64,000 nt of DNA from Microthyrium microscopicum (Eukaryota): the NCBI GenBank assembly GCA_010405405.1, contig MU004234.1:292993-356992 (forward strand), read 5' to 3'. The number at the start of each line of letters is the position of its first letter. Positions within the stretch are counted from its first letter, which is position 1. A program made the translations under genes and the position numbers. This document shows positions 61,965 through 64,000 of the stretch, in pieces. The notes under the pieces are model-generated. The model was not told where the DNA came from, did not search any database, and saw only the letters and a list, made by a program, of their open reading frames with translations.

Positions 61965-62489
61965 ATGACAAACACTCAATCCGCAATAATCTGGCCCTCC
62001 CGCTTCACACCAGGCACAACAGACAACTTCGTCTCCAACGAAGTCATCGCCAAAGACATAACCGCCTCTCAAATATGGCCTCTCCTCGCCGACATAAGCC
62101 GATGGGAGAGTTACTACTCCAACTGCTCACAAATCACGCCTCCATCCTCCGGTCCAATGCTTGAACAGGGTGAGAAGTTCAAGTTTTCGACATTTGGTTT
62201 GCCGCCAATGGAATGTTCTGTGGAGGAATCTGTTGAGCCGTCGTCGAGTCAGGCGGGGCGATTGGCGTGGCGGGCAAAGTTGGATGGTAATGAGGATGAG
62301 AAGCTTGATGTGTATCATGCGTGGCTCGTGGAGGACTTGGATGGTGGAAGGGTGAGGATTTTGACGCAGGAGAGTCAGATTGGGAAACAGGCGGCTGATA
62401 TGGCAAAAAAGAGGCCGAATCCGATGTTGAATGGGCATCAGGAGTGGTTGGATGGGCTTGTTGAGACTGGGAAAAAATCCAAAACCTAG
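61965..62489 (+). CDS. SRPBCC/polyketide cyclase-dehydrase-like protein
   Basis: IIWPSRFTPGTTDNFVSNE..IWPLL..W.SYYSN..FSTFG..GRLAW..LDVYHAW..RVRILTQESQIG..PNPMLNGHQEWLDGL. Intronless; TATAAA at 61871. Confidence 0.85.
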   Translation: MTNTQSAIIWPSRFTPGTTDNFVSNEVIAKDITASQIWPLLADISRWESYYSNCSQITPPSSGPMLEQGEKFKFSTFGLPPMECSVEESVEPSSSQAGRLAWRAKLDGNEDEKLDVYHAWLVEDLDGGRVRILTQESQIGKQAADMAKKRPNPMLNGHQEWLDGLVETGKKSKT

Positions 62490-62586
62490 GATACGAGGAC
62501 TGGCTTGAAAGACCACGGACCATATTCTTGCAGGTAATTGATTGAGCTGCTATGCCGTTATTCGTCGGCGAACTTTAGGCATACTC

Positions 62587-63413
62587 TCATTCCTTCAACT
62601 GTACTGATAAGACATCAGTCAATGTTTCTCCATCGTGTTCTAGGTGTAGCTGTGCCTGTCCATTCTGGCCGGTGGTGAAAGTGAAATGAGCCACGGTACA
62701 TATAGCGCCTGAAGCAAGGGCCTTCGTAAAATCCTGTGGGAGAGCCTGGTAAAGTGTTGGCGACTCGGCTCGCGTGGAGATCACCTCGTTCCAAGCGAGC
62801 AGGAGCTGCTCCTGTGCCAATGTCATAGATGTGGCCCAAGTTGTAAACACCTTAAGTCTACGCATACTTGCATACAAGACCAGTTGACGAATGCTCTGCC
62901 ACATTTCCGCCGAAAAGGGGACAATATCTGACCATTGGACGTCACTCAACAAGTCCCCGTATCGCTTCAACGTGATACATGGCTCGCTGAAGGTAAAGCG
63001 ATTCTGACTGTACAGCACGTAAGTAGCTTCCTGATGAATCGTCTTGCTTGTCTGTAGAAAATTTATTCCGCCGAACGTGCAGAAGCCTGAGGAGTTGAGA
63101 TAGCAGATTTTGCTGGTCGTAAACAAATAGCGATAGATCATATTTCGAATCTCGGCAGGAAGCTTCATGAAGGGGAATGGCTTTTGCTTTTGCTCGCTGT
63201 CATTTCTGTCCTTGTTGTCGTCCTTCGGGAGGTCTGAATCGTGCTCCTCATTTTCGGATGAGAGCGTCATAGCTGGAGCCATTTTCGCTGAGGCCCGAAT
63301 TGTGGAAACTGGAACTTATTAGTGTGAAGTCAACGTATTGAGGAGCCTGCCAACGAGAACTTACCGCAATTTGTGTTGATAGTAGCGTCCGAGATATCAG
63401 TTTGCGAGAGCAT
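62587..63413 (-). CDS. F-box-like hypothetical protein
   Basis: PFPFMKLPAEIRNMIYRYLF and FLQTSKTIHQEATYVLYSQNRF. Main exon 63287-62587; optional upstream exon 63413-63365 joins in frame (alternative start 63282). Confidence 0.75.
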
Positions 63414-64000
63414 AGGTTCGGAGCGAGGTGTCGTAGATATGAGAGAGTCGAGGTTCGGTAAATGCTGCACGGGAACCATGTACCTAGTCAAGACAGGTAT
63501 GCAAGTTCATGCGCTGGAGCAGTAGAGGGTGAAATATTGTCAGGTTTAGTTTGAGAATTTGATTTCTGGGTAGAGGGCGAGAGGGCGAAGTCACTTGGTC
63601 AGGCAGCTAAATATTGAGCACGTCCAGTAGCTTTAATTGAGAAGTAACAGCCGGGACACAGGTGTGCATTGCCTAAATGAGCAAGTGAGGTTGGGCTGGG
63701 TCAAAACATTTTGATGGCAGTCGCGATGGAAGCGTCACTGGGCTATTGTAAGACAACACAGCTGCTAAAACAATACAACATAGAAGCATTGGGTTGATTT
63801 CCAACGCATAAAAAACGGTTTTTGTGTTCTAGTTTAAAGAAAATGCAATATGGTTGTTATGAAGGTATTGTTAAGCAGTACCGCCACATCTCTGCCATTA
63901 TCGCCATTCCGTCGCTCATATTTCTCTTAAAGAGTGAGCCGAGTAGTTCTAGCGGTTTATACCTCAAGATAAAAAATGCGCGATAGATCACCTACGGCCT

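Noticed and set aside
1..64000. Secondary-metabolite cluster or prokaryotic-type defence system
   Set aside because: No PKS, NRPS or terpene synthase and no operon-like structure; the oxidase, cyclase-like and ADH genes are scattered among housekeeping genes.

Overview
Eukaryotic nuclear DNA from a filamentous ascomycete (Pezizomycotina-type genes; short GT-AG introns with CTRAC/CTAAT branch sites). I reconstructed about 28 intact genes by hand-splicing. Housekeeping genes include SPB1, an LSB5-like VHS/GAT protein, a polyamine oxidase, an Slx8-like RING ligase, MIP1, a BUD27/URI-like protein, MAM3, an Ntn asparaginase, PEX11, TOM40, TOM22, a PGC1-like GDPD, gamma-tubulin and a LAG1/LAC1 ceramide synthase. 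Accessory genes include a HET-domain protein, two F-box-like proteins, a BBE-like FAD oxidase and an SRPBCC protein, and there are at least two pseudogenes. I saw no rRNA, tRNA, CRISPR array or recognisable transposon. Most interesting: (1) a 41-aa Cys-rich micro-gene whose C-terminal CaaX box (CTVM) exists only after splicing; (2) a spliced ORF that continues in frame past the gamma-tubulin stop codon; (3) a PEX11-TOM40-TOM22-PGC1 organelle-membrane gene block; (4) repeated sharp C/A-rich to G/T-rich strand-skew flips inside genes; (5) a PTS1 (-SKL) on an uncharacterised hydrolase-like protein. All family calls come from motif recognition, not database searches.
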